64,000 bases of DNA, taken from contig MU058387.1 of assembly GCA_013265495.1 (NCBI GenBank), positions 1,426,001-1,490,000 on the forward strand. The letters are read 5' to 3'. Under the pieces are notes generated by a model. The model was not told the origin of the DNA. It did not search any database and worked only from the letters and a program-made list of their open reading frames with translations. Made by a program: the position numbers and the translations under genes. How positions within the stretch are numbered: position 1 is the first letter of the stretch; each line of letters opens with the position of its first letter. Of this stretch, positions 63,640-64,000 are shown one piece after another. This stretch comes from Vicugna vicugna. Taxonomy: Eukaryota.

Positions 63640-64000
63640 ATAAACTGATTACCAAAAACAGAGAATAGATCTTTATTTAATGTGCATATGAAACATTCAC
63701 CTATTTCAAGGACATAATTATTTAAGTGGTTTCTCCAAAGAAGACCTCAAGAAGTTCCTACAGAAACAATAAAAATAACATTCTTTGCTCTCAATGAGGA
63801 AAAAAAAAAACTAGAAATCAATTGAAAATTAGAAGAAAATGCCTTTACATATTGAAATAAAAATTATAAACAATGTGATATTGAACAAATCTTGGGTCAA
63901 AGGGTACATATAAAGGGACTTTAGAATTTCTTGAAAATAAGAGTAATAAAAATATAATACAGAGGAATATGTGACATACAATTAAACCAGTTGTGAGTAA
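63640..64000 (+). mobile_element. old L1 ORF2 endonuclease-region fragment; 62600-63640 may be an old L1 5' UTR
   Basis: 'gtgcatatgaaacattcacc', 'ctagaaatcaa', 'cttgggtcaaaggg', 'gaatatgtgacatacaattaaacc'. Confidence 0.65.

Noticed and set aside
1..64000. CRISPR arrays, operons, tRNA/rRNA genes, processed pseudogenes
   Set aside because: The DNA is mammalian. I saw no regularly spaced repeats and recognised no structural RNA or mRNA-derived sequence.

Overview
AT-rich mammalian DNA, either intergenic or deep in an intron. The youngest LINE-1 3' tails (e.g. 'aacattttttattgagttatagtcattttacaatgttgtgtcaaatt') resemble camelid L1, so the source is probably camel or alpaca; this is recognition from memory, not a database result. 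I recognise no protein-coding gene, RNA gene or intact transposon. The track ORFs I can assign are LINE-1 ORF2 fragments or their antisense frames; the rest look like chance ORFs. The window is largely decayed repeats: young truncated L1s, old L1M/L1MC/L1ME pieces, MIR, L2, MLT1/MLT2 LTRs, hAT and Tigger MITEs (MER5A, MER20, MER45A, MER58, Tigger2-type) and microsatellites. The observations most worth checking are (i) atypical retro-insertion structures, including a 118-bp L1 fragment with a 20-bp duplication lying inverted beside its own homologous L1 segment, a tail-less L1 with no TSD, and a ~56-bp L1 micro-insertion; (ii) tandem and chimeric hAT MITEs; and (iii) several well-formed but unassigned splice-site pairs on both strands, which could belong to lncRNA or micro-ORF transcripts or be pseudo-exons. 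I found no convincing novel biological system. Repeat subfamily names and old-element boundaries are approximate and were assigned by eye.
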